A stretch of DNA of 64,000 nt from Reclinomonas americana ATCC 50394 (lineage: Eukaryota). Positions 47,188-58,400 of this stretch are shown one piece after another. The position numbers and the translations under genes were made by a program. The notes below the pieces were generated by a model, which saw only the letters and a program-made list of their open reading frames with translations, ran no database searches and was not told where the DNA came from. Every line of letters starts with the position of its first letter. Position 1 is the stretch's first letter. Location of the stretch: contig PS015009.1 in NCBI GenBank assembly GCA_048213135.1, positions 1,426,001 through 1,490,000 on the forward strand. The letters are read 5' to 3'.

Positions 47188-49629
47188 CTATTCTTTTACG
47201 CGGTTCTGCTCACTTTCTGCGCCACCTTTACGGCTTTGCTGGCTGGCTTTGGCACCCTTGCTGAACCGGTAAGTGAAAGCGAATACCACAGCGCGGGTGT
47301 CGCCCAGGTTTTTGTAATACCCCGATCCGTTTTTGAGACTGTTGATATCACCCTGGTTAATACGTGTGCGGAAAATATCCTGGAAAACCAGTTTCACAGA
47401 ACCCTTGTCTTTCATCAGTTTTTTTACTATCCCGATATTGGTCAGCCCCATCTGCCACAGTTTAAACTGCCCGTCTGTAATCGCCGAACGATACCTGCCC
47501 AGCAACTCCATGCTCCAGCTTTTAGATAAAACGAACTGGTTGGTAAGTGCTGCATGCCAGAAACCACCTTTTGTATTTACATCTTCGGTATATATTTTAC
47601 TCCTGGTGTGCAGGTAATTATATTGGATATATGGTAATATGGTCCACCATTTTGCGGGCTTTATTGTTGCATCTACCGACGCCGCGATAAAATCTTTTTT
47701 ACCAATATTTCCCGTACGGCTGATGAAAGTGTTGCCACTCAGTTCTATCGTTTCATTCATTTCATCTTTTATCCTGTCATAAAAAACGGATGTGTTGAGA
47801 AAATTTTTATAGCTGTACGATAATTCAAAATGATGCGTGAACTGGGGATTCAGGAAAGGATTGCCGGCATAGTAAGTGAATTTATCAAGCGGTGATACAA
47901 ACGGGTTCAGATCGGCATAGTAAGGCCTGTCAATGCGCCTGCTGTAAGAAAAGCTGAACTGGTGATTGGCGGCGCTGTCTGGTTTGTAAGAAAGAAAAAT
48001 CGTTGGAAAAAGATTGGTATAACTTCTTTTAAATGAAGAATCCGGTTTTTGAGGATTGCCCAGCTGGTGACCGTTGGAAACTGTATTTTCCAAACGCAGC
48101 CCCAGTTGTACCGACAGCTTCTTAAACTCCCGGCTGAAATTTAAATAGGCGGCATTGATATTTTCCCGGTAAATAAAATGATTGGTCTTATCATAATCCG
48201 GGGAGGTTACATTATTGACCCTGGTAAAATACTCCGCGATATTATTTGTCCTGATAAAACTGGTTTTAATGCCTGCTTCAATTTTAGCGTCTTTCTTCAG
48301 GGGATGCGTATAGTCGGCTTTGTAAGCGTAAATATTTAATGCGGATGGTAGCGCGCCGGACAATTCATCACTGGTTTTCGGGTTGTTTCCCGCGTCAAAA
48401 CTGGCATTTTTGAACAGCTGGTCATTGCTGGTCGTATACCGGATGTAATCCAGGTCCATACTGAGTTCCCTCCCCAGGCTGTCGAACTGGTACCGGTAAC
48501 TGAAGTTGAAGCTCTTATTGCCAAACCTTTCTTTTTCCCTGTTGTCGGCAAGAATAATGGAATCGGTTACGTTATGCGGATCTGAGAATATGCCGGTATT
48601 GTTCCTTTTTTCGGTAGATGGCCTTCCGATACTGTTGAAGATAAAACCAAGGGTGGTTTTTTTACCCGGCGAATAATCGATTCCTATTTTGGCAACAAGG
48701 TTGGAATAGTTACGCTTGATGTAGGAGTTTTGCCAGAAACCCGACTCCGGCGTACCATCGGGTTTGGTATAGTCCCTGGTGATGGTAAGATCGTTGTATT
48801 GATTGCCTGCTGAAAAAGCAATATTGCTGAACAGGTTGAATTTATTGTTGCGATAATTGAAGTTAAGATTATTGCGGGAGTCAAAATATTTTCCCTGGCG
48901 TAAACTGGGGTTGATGCTGCCATTGAAACCTTTCTGTTTGTTCTTTTTTGTTTTGATGTTGATGATGCCTGCGTTGCCCGCAGCGTCGTATTTCGCCGGT
49001 GGGGTGGTCATGATCTCGATTTTATCCAGCATGCCGGCGGGTAAGGATTTCAGGTAGCTGGCCAGGTCGGAGCCAGAAAGATAAGTGGGTTTATCATCTA
49101 TATAAATAGCTACGCCGGATTTTCCTTTAAGACTGATGGCGTCATTATTATCTACTTGTACACCCGGCGATTTCTCCAGCACTTCCAGGGCGTTGCTGCC
49201 GGCACTGGTGATCATGGCGTCAACATTCACAATGGTCCTGTCGGCCCTTCTTTCGATCATCGGTTTTTTAGCAGTAACGGTTACCGTGCTTAATGTACCC
49301 GCAGCGCTTTTTTGCAATTGTATTTCCGGAATAGCAAAAGACCCTTTCGCTGTATCTAAAGTAAACCGTAATGAAGAATGCGGGGTAAAACCCGTACTGC
49401 TTACGGAAATGAAAAAGGAAGAAAGCGGAACATCCAATTCAAATCGGCCACCAGTGTCAGTAACGGCAGTTTTGAAAAGCGAAGAATCTTTGGCATTAAA
49501 CAGCGATACACTTGCGCCCGCCAGTGGCTTATGTTCAGCCGTTACCAGTCCCGATACCTGGGCGGAAGAAGACAAGACAAACAACAAGAACAAAGACGTA
49601 AGAAAAGGAATGATTTTGTTTTTTTTCAT
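47188..49629 (-). CDS. TonB-dependent-receptor-like beta-barrel protein (paralog of 39718-42168)
   Basis: 'LEKSPGV...PPAKYDAAGNAGII', SRRIDRP, 'FTYRF'. Confidence 0.88.
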   Translation of the reverse strand: MKKNKIIPFLTSLFLLFVLSSSAQVSGLVTAEHKPLAGASVSLFNAKDSSLFKTAVTDTGGRFELDVPLSSFFISVSSTGFTPHSSLRFTLDTAKGSFAIPEIQLQKSAAGTLSTVTVTAKKPMIERRADRTIVNVDAMITSAGSNALEVLEKSPGVQVDNNDAISLKGKSGVAIYIDDKPTYLSGSDLASYLKSLPAGMLDKIEIMTTPPAKYDAAGNAGIINIKTKKNKQKGFNGSINPSLRQGKYFDSRNNLNFNYRNNKFNLFSNIAFSAGNQYNDLTITRDYTKPDGTPESGFWQNSYIKRNYSNLVAKIGIDYSPGKKTTLGFIFNSIGRPSTEKRNNTGIFSDPHNVTDSIILADNREKERFGNKSFNFSYRYQFDSLGRELSMDLDYIRYTTSNDQLFKNASFDAGNNPKTSDELSGALPSALNIYAYKADYTHPLKKDAKIEAGIKTSFIRTNNIAEYFTRVNNVTSPDYDKTNHFIYRENINAAYLNFSREFKKLSVQLGLRLENTVSNGHQLGNPQKPDSSFKRSYTNLFPTIFLSYKPDSAANHQFSFSYSRRIDRPYYADLNPFVSPLDKFTYYAGNPFLNPQFTHHFELSYSYKNFLNTSVFYDRIKDEMNETIELSGNTFISRTGNIGKKDFIAASVDATIKPAKWWTILPYIQYNYLHTRSKIYTEDVNTKGGFWHAALTNQFVLSKSWSMELLGRYRSAITDGQFKLWQMGLTNIGIVKKLMKDKGSVKLVFQDIFRTRINQGDINSLKNGSGYYKNLGDTRAVVFAFTYRFSKGAKASQQSRKGGAESEQNRVKE

Positions 49630-49846
49630 GACTCATATTTTAATAGTGGTGTACCGGCAAAGCGATGCCTGTTCGCACACAGGTGCGAAAAAATCATACT
49701 GCCTGGTTAAAAGTTGAATTCAGTTGTATGGGCAGCACAGGGAACTGTACTGCGGATAAGAAATCCCGGTTGCCGTTGCATAAGACAAAGCAGTAGCTAT
49801 ATCACCGGGGTGAAAGCAATACGGTACTAAAATGTCCTGGAATATT

Positions 49847-51946
49847 TTACATGCGCCAGTTATACACCAGCTGCCAGTCGGGGCTCTTCAGGTATTTGTC
49901 TTTTAATTTCCTGTGCAGGGCTTCGGATTGTGTCTTGCCATTTACGATCAGTTCCCCGCTGCTCATTTTATAAGACAGGCCATCTCTGCCGCGGATCACT
50001 TTTTCTTTTACAAGGTCATCAATAAAATCGGCGGTTAGTTTATCAAGATCAAGCCTGCGGCCATCCCTGTCATATGAAGGCTCATAATCTTTATAAGTGG
50101 CATCATAAGCATTCTTATCGTTCACACTGTAAGTAAGACCGGTTATAATATGCTTTTTTTCATCCTTAACGGATTTCCTGACGGTAACCTTTGTGTTTTG
50201 ATCGGCCACTACAGCCGCATTTTCTACTCTCCTGCTTTTGTCGGATATATTGACATTGGGATTGATGTTAGCGAGGTTCCTGTCCAACTCCGTTTTTTCC
50301 CGGTTCATATCCTGCAGTTTCCTGTCGTTTTCAGCATTCAAAGCATCCAGGTCTGCCATTTTTTTCTCTGCTTCCCTTTTTGAAACATCTCTTTGCTGAT
50401 CGATGCTGCTTAACAGGTACGCTTTGTTTTTTTTGATGAAGCTTTCTGGTAAACGGCTCCCATCTTTTTCGAGGTATACCTCTTTTATCTCATCCTTTTC
50501 TGTAACCACCCTGTAGCCTTTAACGTTATAAGTTATAGTGTTGTCTGGCTCCGGATTGTCTGCAACATCTGCAACAGCAGTATCTTTAACGGGATCTTCA
50601 ATACCGGCCTGTTCCGGCGCCTGCTTTATTTCGTTCATCAGCTTTTTATAACGGCCCCATTGTTCGCGTGGAACGGATTGTCCATTGATCTTAAAATCGG
50701 AAACATCGTCATACAACTGGTACAATATGCCTTCCTTTTTATACAGGTGCAGGGTATGCAATACGCCATCTGTTTTTTCTGTATAGATAGTCGTTGAGCC
50801 TTCGGAAAAATCTTTTGGATCAAACCGGCGCTTCAGTAAAGATGGGATACTGTCGTTAGCGGATAATTGCGCATCCCTTTCTTTGGGTGCAGCAGGTTGC
50901 GCCTGGGAAAAGATGACGGAGAGCGATGTGGTAATGATGAGGCACAGCGCCAGGAATGTTTTTTCCATGCCATTCAGGGTTTTATTGTTGTTATACAGCA
51001 TGCGTTTTACACGCTGCAGCAACAGGTCTTTTTTGCCTGCAAGCGCAGTTGCATAAGGCGCCGAAGACAAGTGATATTCCTGGAAGGAGACCAGCGCATT
51101 GATGTAATTCCTTTTACAACTGGTTTGCGCAACGGCGATATCGTCACAGCAATTCTCCCTTTCTATCCTGATGAGAGACGATAACCACAATACGGCCGGG
51201 TTAAAAAAGAAAAGAATGTCAGCAAAACTCTGTACCATATTGACCAGGTAGTCTTTCCTGCGGATGTGCGCCAGCTCATGCACCAGTATGGCTTCTGCTT
51301 CATCCTGCGGTAACGAAGCCAATACACCTACGGGGAAAAGGATCACCGGTTTCAGGTGTCCCACCACCATGGGTATTTTGGCGATGCCCGACTGGAAGAA
51401 CCGTACCGGGGTTTTGATATTCATTTGCTGCATTAACCCCTTCAGCTTCTTATTCCATTCTTCACCGGGCGACGATAATTCATCATGTTTCAATTGGTGT
51501 AACCGGTATAAACCTCCGGCCAGTTGTATACAACGGAAGGCCACAATGAAGAACCATACCATGACAATAAGCGCAGCGTACCGGTTTAAAAAATCAGTAA
51601 CAGCAACTTTAAAACCCGGACCCGCTGCCAGCGGCTGCTGAACCTGGTCCTGCGCTGCCCCAACATCGGCACCGGTTACCTGGGCAGTACTTACAGGTAC
51701 AGGCGTTGTATAGCTGAGTGTATTCCATTCATAAAAGAATATGCCAGACATGGTTATGATAAAGGCCATCAGCATACCGGTAAGCAGGTTGTACCGCAGA
51801 ACCGGGGACTGTTTTTTTGTACCCACCATTACCAGTCCTGTAGCCACGGTGAGCAACAGGCCGATCCATAAAGAATGTACCAGCGTCCAGCACAAGGCCT
51901 GAACAATCTTACCGGAAAACAAATCGCTTACTGATAACAGATACAT
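49847..51946 (-). CDS. M56 (BlaR1/MecR1-like) membrane metallopeptidase
   Basis: TM N-terminus, 'HELAHIRRKD', 'FFFNP', 'RENCCDD', then a periplasmic coiled-coil region. Confidence 0.92.
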   Translation of the reverse strand: MYLLSVSDLFSGKIVQALCWTLVHSLWIGLLLTVATGLVMVGTKKQSPVLRYNLLTGMLMAFIITMSGIFFYEWNTLSYTTPVPVSTAQVTGADVGAAQDQVQQPLAAGPGFKVAVTDFLNRYAALIVMVWFFIVAFRCIQLAGGLYRLHQLKHDELSSPGEEWNKKLKGLMQQMNIKTPVRFFQSGIAKIPMVVGHLKPVILFPVGVLASLPQDEAEAILVHELAHIRRKDYLVNMVQSFADILFFFNPAVLWLSSLIRIERENCCDDIAVAQTSCKRNYINALVSFQEYHLSSAPYATALAGKKDLLLQRVKRMLYNNNKTLNGMEKTFLALCLIITTSLSVIFSQAQPAAPKERDAQLSANDSIPSLLKRRFDPKDFSEGSTTIYTEKTDGVLHTLHLYKKEGILYQLYDDVSDFKINGQSVPREQWGRYKKLMNEIKQAPEQAGIEDPVKDTAVADVADNPEPDNTITYNVKGYRVVTEKDEIKEVYLEKDGSRLPESFIKKNKAYLLSSIDQQRDVSKREAEKKMADLDALNAENDRKLQDMNREKTELDRNLANINPNVNISDKSRRVENAAVVADQNTKVTVRKSVKDEKKHIITGLTYSVNDKNAYDATYKDYEPSYDRDGRRLDLDKLTADFIDDLVKEKVIRGRDGLSYKMSSGELIVNGKTQSEALHRKLKDKYLKSPDWQLVYNWRM

Positions 51947-51963
51947 AGAAATAAGTTGAAGGA

Positions 51964-52368
51964 TTATTTATTGTCTTTATCCAGGTCAGACAACATGTCT
52001 TTTATGGCCTGTAATTCTTTTTTTGAAGTCTTTTTATTGCCCAGTAACTGCTGTACCAGGTTACTGGCCGATCCTTCGTACAACGATTCCACGAAGCGAT
52101 CGAGTAAAAGGCCTTTTGTTTTTTGTTCCTCCACCGCGGCGTGGTAAATATGTTTCATCTGGCTTTCGTCGCGGGTGAGCATTTTCTTTTCCGCCATGAT
52201 CTGCATCAGCTTCAGGGTGGAAGTGTATTGCACCGTACGCTTCATTTCATTGAGGGTGTCGTTGACAAACCTAACCGTTGAGGGACCGTGTTTCCACAAC
52301 ACCTGCAATATCTCCAGCTCAGACCGGGTAGGTTCCGACGGGCCATTATGCTGTACTTCTTCTTTCAT
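51964..52368 (-). CDS. BlaI/MecI/CopY family repressor
   Basis: PTRSELEILQVLW, YTSTLKLMQIM, FVESLYEGS. Confidence 0.92.
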   Translation of the reverse strand: MKEEVQHNGPSEPTRSELEILQVLWKHGPSTVRFVNDTLNEMKRTVQYTSTLKLMQIMAEKKMLTRDESQMKHIYHAAVEEQKTKGLLLDRFVESLYEGSASNLVQQLLGNKKTSKKELQAIKDMLSDLDKDNK

Positions 52369-52371
52369 GAA

Positions 52372-52410
52372 CCAAAGGTAGGAAAAATTTCGTACGAACA
52401 AATTTCTACC
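52372..52410 (-). promoter_or_regulatory. Putative BlaI operator (two overlapping palindromes) over the -7 promoter box
   Basis: taggaa-aaat-ttcgta and tacgaa-caaa-tttcta, centred on ttcgtacgaa; TACCTTTG on the minus strand overlaps them. Confidence 0.6.
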
Positions 52411-52500
52411 ATTTATTTTTTGCAAAAGAATTGTGAAAACGGGGAAATAAAAAAGAGCAGCCCGGTAAAAGCTGCTCATTATTAAGATGTTGTGTAGTTA

Positions 52501-54348
52501 TTAATAGCCCCTTACATTTTTTCCTTCCATATAGTTCATGAAAGCTTTGTTGCAAACACGGTTACCACCGGGTGTGGGGTAGTTGCCGGTAAAGTACCAG
52601 TCGCCCAGGTTGGTGGGGCAGGCATTGTGCAGGGATTCGATGGTTTGATAGATAACGCTTACAGGTATATCCAGCCCGGCCGGGGTGATCAGTTCCGCGA
52701 TCTTGTCCGATATTTCTTCGGGGGTAAATGTTTTGTACAGCTGGCGAACCACATTCTCGGTATGCAGCTGGTTATTGCGCTGCAATTCTTTACAACGTTC
52801 CAGCAATTCTGTAAGTACAGACTCCTGGTTGCGTTCCTGTAATAAAGCAATGGCGGCCCTGAAAGCGATGAAGTCGCCCAGCTTGCTCATATCAATGCCA
52901 TAGCAGTCGGGGTAACGTATCTGTGGTGCCGATGAAACGATGATGATCTTTTTGGGCTGAAGCCTCGAAAGCATGCGGATGATGCTTTCCTTCAGTGTGG
53001 TGCCTCTTACAATACTGTCGTCGATCACCACCAGGGTATCTTCGCCTTTCCTTACCGTGCCATAAGTAACATCATATACGTGCTGTACCATTTCATTACG
53101 GCTTACATCTTCAGTAATGAACGTACGGAGTTTTACATCCTTAATGGCGATCTTCTCAATCCTTACCCTTCGGTTAACCATTTCCGTTAGTTTCTCTTCG
53201 TCGTAGTCTTTGCCCCAGCTCAGGATGCGTTCCACCTTGATTTTGTTCAGGTAATCTTCGGCGCCTTTGATGAGGCCGTAGAAGGCAGTTTCAGCCGTAT
53301 TGGGTATAAAAGAGAAGATGGTATTTTTCAGATCGTAGTTCACCGCTTTAAGAATGGTATCGCTGAGGTTATAACCCAGGGCGATCCTTTCGCGGTATAT
53401 TTTTTCATCGCTGCCGCGGCTGAAGTAAATGCGTTCGAAACTGCAGGCTTTCCTTTCTTTCGCTTCCACAATGGCTTCAATGCTCACGCTGCCGTCGGCC
53501 TTTACAATTACGGCATGACCGGGCATCAGTTCCTGCACTTCATTCTCGCCAACATTGAAAGCGGTACGTATGGCCGATCTTTCACTGGCGCCAACGATCA
53601 CATCGTCGTGTATATAATAATAAGCCGGGCGGATGCCGTGCGCATCCCTCATCATAAAGGCGTCGCCGTTGCCCAGTATACCGCTGAAGGTAAAGCCGCC
53701 ATCGAAAAGCGGTACCGCCTTTTTCAGCACTTTCACAATATCCAGTTCGCCGGGAAAAGCTTCATCGGCCTTTACCACAAAATGATGAAGCACTTCCATC
53801 ATCGCTGCCAGGTCGCTCTGCCGCTGGAATTCACCCGGGTCGATATTTACCAGGCTGAACAGCTCTTCGGTGTTCACCAGGTTAAAGTTGCCGGCCAGCG
53901 CAAGGTTGCGTGCTGGTATGGTATGACGTTTTATGAAAGGATGGCAAAACTCCACATTGTTTTTGCCCTGTGTGCCGTAGCGCAGGTGACCCAGTAAAAC
54001 TTCACCCAGGAAATTCAGGTGGCCCTTCATCAGTCCGGGATGGTTCTTGATATCGGGCTGGTATTTTTCCAGTTCTCCGATCTCTTTACCCACCTGGTAA
54101 AACAGGTCGGCAATAGGCTGGTTGGCCCCGCTGCGCAACCGGTGCATAAAGGGATAGCCCGGTTCGGTGTTCAGTTTAACAGCGGCAATACCCGCGCCGT
54201 CCTGGCCCCGGTTATGTTGCTTTTCCATCAGCAGGTACAGCTTGTTAAGGCCGTACAATACTGTGCCGTATTGTTGTTGATAATAACTGAAAGATTTGCG
54301 CAGACGAATGAAGGCCAGTCCGCACTCGTGTTTGATTTCGTCGCTCAT
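52501..54348 (-). CDS. purF: Amidophosphoribosyltransferase
   Basis: HECG N-terminal nucleophile, RGQDGAG, GHLRYGT, VIDDSIVRGTT, YGIDM. Confidence 0.93.
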   Translation of the reverse strand: MSDEIKHECGLAFIRLRKSFSYYQQQYGTVLYGLNKLYLLMEKQHNRGQDGAGIAAVKLNTEPGYPFMHRLRSGANQPIADLFYQVGKEIGELEKYQPDIKNHPGLMKGHLNFLGEVLLGHLRYGTQGKNNVEFCHPFIKRHTIPARNLALAGNFNLVNTEELFSLVNIDPGEFQRQSDLAAMMEVLHHFVVKADEAFPGELDIVKVLKKAVPLFDGGFTFSGILGNGDAFMMRDAHGIRPAYYYIHDDVIVGASERSAIRTAFNVGENEVQELMPGHAVIVKADGSVSIEAIVEAKERKACSFERIYFSRGSDEKIYRERIALGYNLSDTILKAVNYDLKNTIFSFIPNTAETAFYGLIKGAEDYLNKIKVERILSWGKDYDEEKLTEMVNRRVRIEKIAIKDVKLRTFITEDVSRNEMVQHVYDVTYGTVRKGEDTLVVIDDSIVRGTTLKESIIRMLSRLQPKKIIIVSSAPQIRYPDCYGIDMSKLGDFIAFRAAIALLQERNQESVLTELLERCKELQRNNQLHTENVVRQLYKTFTPEEISDKIAELITPAGLDIPVSVIYQTIESLHNACPTNLGDWYFTGNYPTPGGNRVCNKAFMNYMEGKNVRGY

Positions 54349-54486
54349 GTTGTAGAGTGAGCCGCAAAGTTAGGTCATTCTATCGTACCGGCAGTTTCGA
54401 TAAGGGATATTTTAGCAAAGCGTTGGCACCGGCAAAAAAAATCCCGGCAACAGGGCCGGGATCAATATAAATAATAAGATTATGTA

Positions 54487-55209
54487 TTATAAACCACTGA
54501 GTGTGAGACCCACCTGCAGCAGGCGTACATCTGGTCCGGCACCATCTTTAAACAGGCTGCCCAGCTGGTAGCTGCCAAAAATGGAGAAGTTGCCATAACC
54601 CACCCTGGCTGTAGCGGCAATGCGGGTAGAGTTGAAAAAGCGTTTGCTGGTCTCTTTTTCAGTATAAGAGTTCAGCGCGCTGCCATTTTTGTCCTGCAGG
54701 TTCTTACCCTTGGTGTGCGCATTGAGCATAGTACCCACTTTAACGCCGATGGCGGCCTTAATGCTCTTCATATCTTTTTCAGGTGTATTGGAAAACCTGA
54801 ATTCGATGGGTACTTCCAGGTAGGTGGTGCTCAGTTTATATTTCTTGAAATGATCGGCGCTGTCGAGACTGGTAAAGGGAATGCTGGCGTTTTTAGATTT
54901 TACATCGATCCCCATTTTTTTGAAGAACATGTTGCTGGAACTTACGCCCAAACCAAATGCCACGCTGAACTGCGGTGCGCTTTTAAACACTTTGTCAAGC
55001 ATCACATACGCGTTCAGGCCGCGGGAAAAACCGCCCATATGGCTGTCGATGCTGTCGGGAGTTCCTATCCAATGATCGCTGGAGAGCTGGAGCATGATAT
55101 GGTCGCCGGCTCTGCTGATGACGCTGCTGCGGTCTTTTTTCTTTTTATCCTGCGCTGATACGCCGGATACGGTGAACAACACAACGAGCGCCAGTAATAT
55201 TTTCTTCAT
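54487..55209 (-). CDS. Porin/PorT-like outer-membrane beta-barrel protein
   Basis: Signal peptide, 'YLEVPIEFRF', terminal amphipathic strand. Confidence 0.75.
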   Translation of the reverse strand: MKKILLALVVLFTVSGVSAQDKKKKDRSSVISRAGDHIMLQLSSDHWIGTPDSIDSHMGGFSRGLNAYVMLDKVFKSAPQFSVAFGLGVSSSNMFFKKMGIDVKSKNASIPFTSLDSADHFKKYKLSTTYLEVPIEFRFSNTPEKDMKSIKAAIGVKVGTMLNAHTKGKNLQDKNGSALNSYTEKETSKRFFNSTRIAATARVGYGNFSIFGSYQLGSLFKDGAGPDVRLLQVGLTLSGL

Positions 55210-55476
55210 AATTTAATCTTGATTGGCAAAAATAGGAGCCAACGGGTTAATGAAAGGTTAAAGAAATAGCCCGCTAAATATCAGGCTATCTGTTATTTAT
55301 GTTCCGGGATGGGCTTTTTCAGCCGCCGCAAAGATATTCAATAGCCCATCAACCCCCAATTTTTTTCGTTTAATGAGATGCCTGTTTCATGGTCAGCACA
55401 ACTTACAGGAGGTGGTGTATGCAATAAAAAAGCGCCCCGTTGCCGGGACGCCTTTCGTATTGATTTGGATGTCGTT

Positions 55477-58400
55477 TTACTGGATCACCACTTTACCCTG
55501 GGTCAGTGTACGTCCCTGGTAATCGGCAACAACAACGGTGTACATACCTTTTCCGTTTTTGCGCATATCTACGGCCATGCTGCTGTATGGAGCTGTAACC
55601 TCTATGCGTTTGTTGTAAACAAGAGCGCCTTTGGAATCGTAAATAAGTACGGTACGTAAGAAGCCGAAATTAAGAGCGGCGGAATGATACCTGATATTGA
55701 ACAGGCCATTGTTCGGGTTCGGAGAAATGAACAGTTTGTCTGTTACGGAATCCTTGATCACCACCGCGCCGGATAATGCGGTACAGCTGAATGGTGAAGT
55801 CACCCTTGCTGTATAAGATCCCAGTTCATCAACAGTAACCGCAAGTGTAGCCGATGTTGCTCCGGGTACTACGATATTATTCCTGTACCAGGTGATCACA
55901 TTACCTGCCACTACCGGCGAGATGTTGGCGGTAAGCGTGGTTACCATACCCGGCATTAAGCTGGTGTAAGGTGACGCGGTTACTGAAATAGTAGGTTGCG
56001 GGTTGATGGTTACCGTAACACTGGCACAGGTGGTATTGTTACAAATGCCTTCCGCCCTTACATAGTAAGTGGTGGTGCCGGTTACATTCAGTGTTATGGA
56101 TGCGCCTGTTCCAACGGCAGTACCGCCGCAGCTTGCGCTGTACCATTTCCACGAAGCGCCTGAACCCAGCAACCCGCCGGTTACGGAGAGTGTTGCAGTT
56201 GTTGGTCCGCATGAAGTGGTAACGCTTGTTGTTGCTCCTGTTGGCGCAACAGAGAAGCTGTTGATGGTTATGGTTGTTGTGGTAGTAAACGCTGCACAAC
56301 CACCCGCCGCCGCGATGGTGTAGGTAACCGTGTAGGTACCCGGTGTACTGGTGGTCAGGTTAACATCCCCTGTTGACGCATTCAGACTCAGACCTGTTGT
56401 TGACGCATAAGTGCCGCCTGCTGTGCCTGTACGTGTAACGGTTGCTGTACCCGTAGCGCAATAAGGCGAACCGGCATAACCGATGGTGGCGTTAGGCGTG
56501 GCAGTAATGGTAATGGTTGTTGTGGTGGTAAATGCCGCACAACCACCTGCTGCCGCAATGGTATAAGTAACGGTATACGTGCCCGGTGTGCTGGTACCTA
56601 AAGTAACAGCGCCTGTTGAAGCGTTGATGCTTAAACCTGTGGTGGAAGTATAAGTACCACCCGCAGTGCCGGTCCTGGTAACATTGGCCGTACCTGCGTT
56701 CTGGCAGTAAGGCGTACCCGTGTAGCTGATAGTAGCGTTAGGCGTTGCCGTTATGGTTATGGTTGCTGTAGTAGTGAATGCTGCGCAACCGCCCGCTGCC
56801 GCGATGGTGTATGTAACAGTGTAGGTGCCTGGTGTGCTCGTACCTAAAGTAACGGCGCCGGTTGTGGTATTCAGGCTTAATCCTGTTGTTGAAGCGTAAG
56901 TACCGCCTGTGGTGCCGGTTTGTGTAACCGTTGCAGTGCCTGCACTCTGGCAATAAGGGGAGCCTGCATAACTGATGGCAGCGTTAGGCGTAGCCGTTAT
57001 GGTTATGGTTGTTGTGGTGGTGAACGCTGCACAACCGCCCGCTGCCGCGATGGTGTAAGTCACAGTGTAGGTACCCGGAGTACTGGTGCCTAAAGTAACG
57101 GCGCCTGTTGAAGCGTTAAGACTTAACCCTGTTGTTGAAGAGTATGTGCCGCCTATTGTACCGGTTTGTGTAACCGTTGCGGTGCCTGCATTCTGGCAAT
57201 AAGGCGTACCTGCATAACTGATGGTGGCGTTAGGTGTTGCTGTTACAGTTATAGTAGTGGTGGTGGTAAACACGGGACAACCACCACCTGCTGCGATGGT
57301 GTAGGTAACCGTGTAAGTGCCCGGTGTGCTGGTGCCTAAAGTAACGGCNNNNNNNNNNNNNNNNNNNNNNNNNNNNNNNNNNNNNNNNNNNNNNNNNNNN
57401 NNNNNNNNNNNNNNNNNNNNNNNNNNNNNNNNNNNNNNNNNNNNNNNNNNNNNNNNNNNNNNNNNNNNNNNNNNNNNNNNNNNNNNNNNNNNNNNNNNNN
57501 NNNNNNNNNNNNNNNNNNNNNNNNNNNNNNNNNNNNNNNNNNNNNNNNNNNNNNNNNNNNNNNNNNNNNNNNNNNNNNNNNNNNNNNNNNNNNNNNNNNN
57601 NNNNNNNNNNNNNNNNNNNNNNNNNNNNNNNNNNNNNNNNNNNNNNNNNNNNNNNNNNNNNNNNNNNNNNNNNNNNNNNNNNNNNNNNNNNNNNNNNNNN
57701 NNNNNNNNNNNNNNNNNNNNNNNNNNNNNNNNNNNNNNNNNNNNNNNNNNNNNNNNNNNNNNNNNNNNNNNNNNNNNNNNNNNNNNNNNNNNNNNNNNNN
57801 NNNNNNNNNNNNNNNNNNNNNNNNNNNNACCACCTGTTGAGCCGGTCAGTGTAACGTTAGCTGTACCTGCATTCTGGCAATAAGGGGAACCTGTATAACT
57901 GATAGTGGCATTGGCAGCAGTGTTGATGGTCACCACCACTGGTTTAATATCGGAACAACCGATACCGTTATCCAGTTTAATATAATACGTACCCGGAACG
58001 CTGATGGCCGATGGTGTACCATTGGCAGGAGGAATAGCTGTTGTTGCAGCGGCGTCTGCCCAGTAGGTCAATGTGCCGGCAGATGAGCCCGCAGTAACTG
58101 CGGCGGCAGTAATGTTTACTGTAGCAGGTGTACAAACCGCGGCAGGATTAGTTATGGTCAGCACAAAAGTATTGGCGAACTCATCGGCACCGATATCCGG
58201 GGTTGATGCATTGCGTGTTTCTCCGTCAATATCGATGGTATAACCAGCAATAGGTGCCGCTTTGCCATCAATAGCACAGTTGGCCTGTGTCGCGAGGTGC
58301 AGGTTGCTGGCAGAAAGGAAATTTGGCGCCAGGCTGATGGAAGCCGCATCGGCGGGCGTAACCCTTGCCTGGTAGGCTGCCAGTGTCTGATCGTTATTGG

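Noticed and set aside
57317-57883. ORFs made of X residues
   Set aside because: Artefacts of the N gap.
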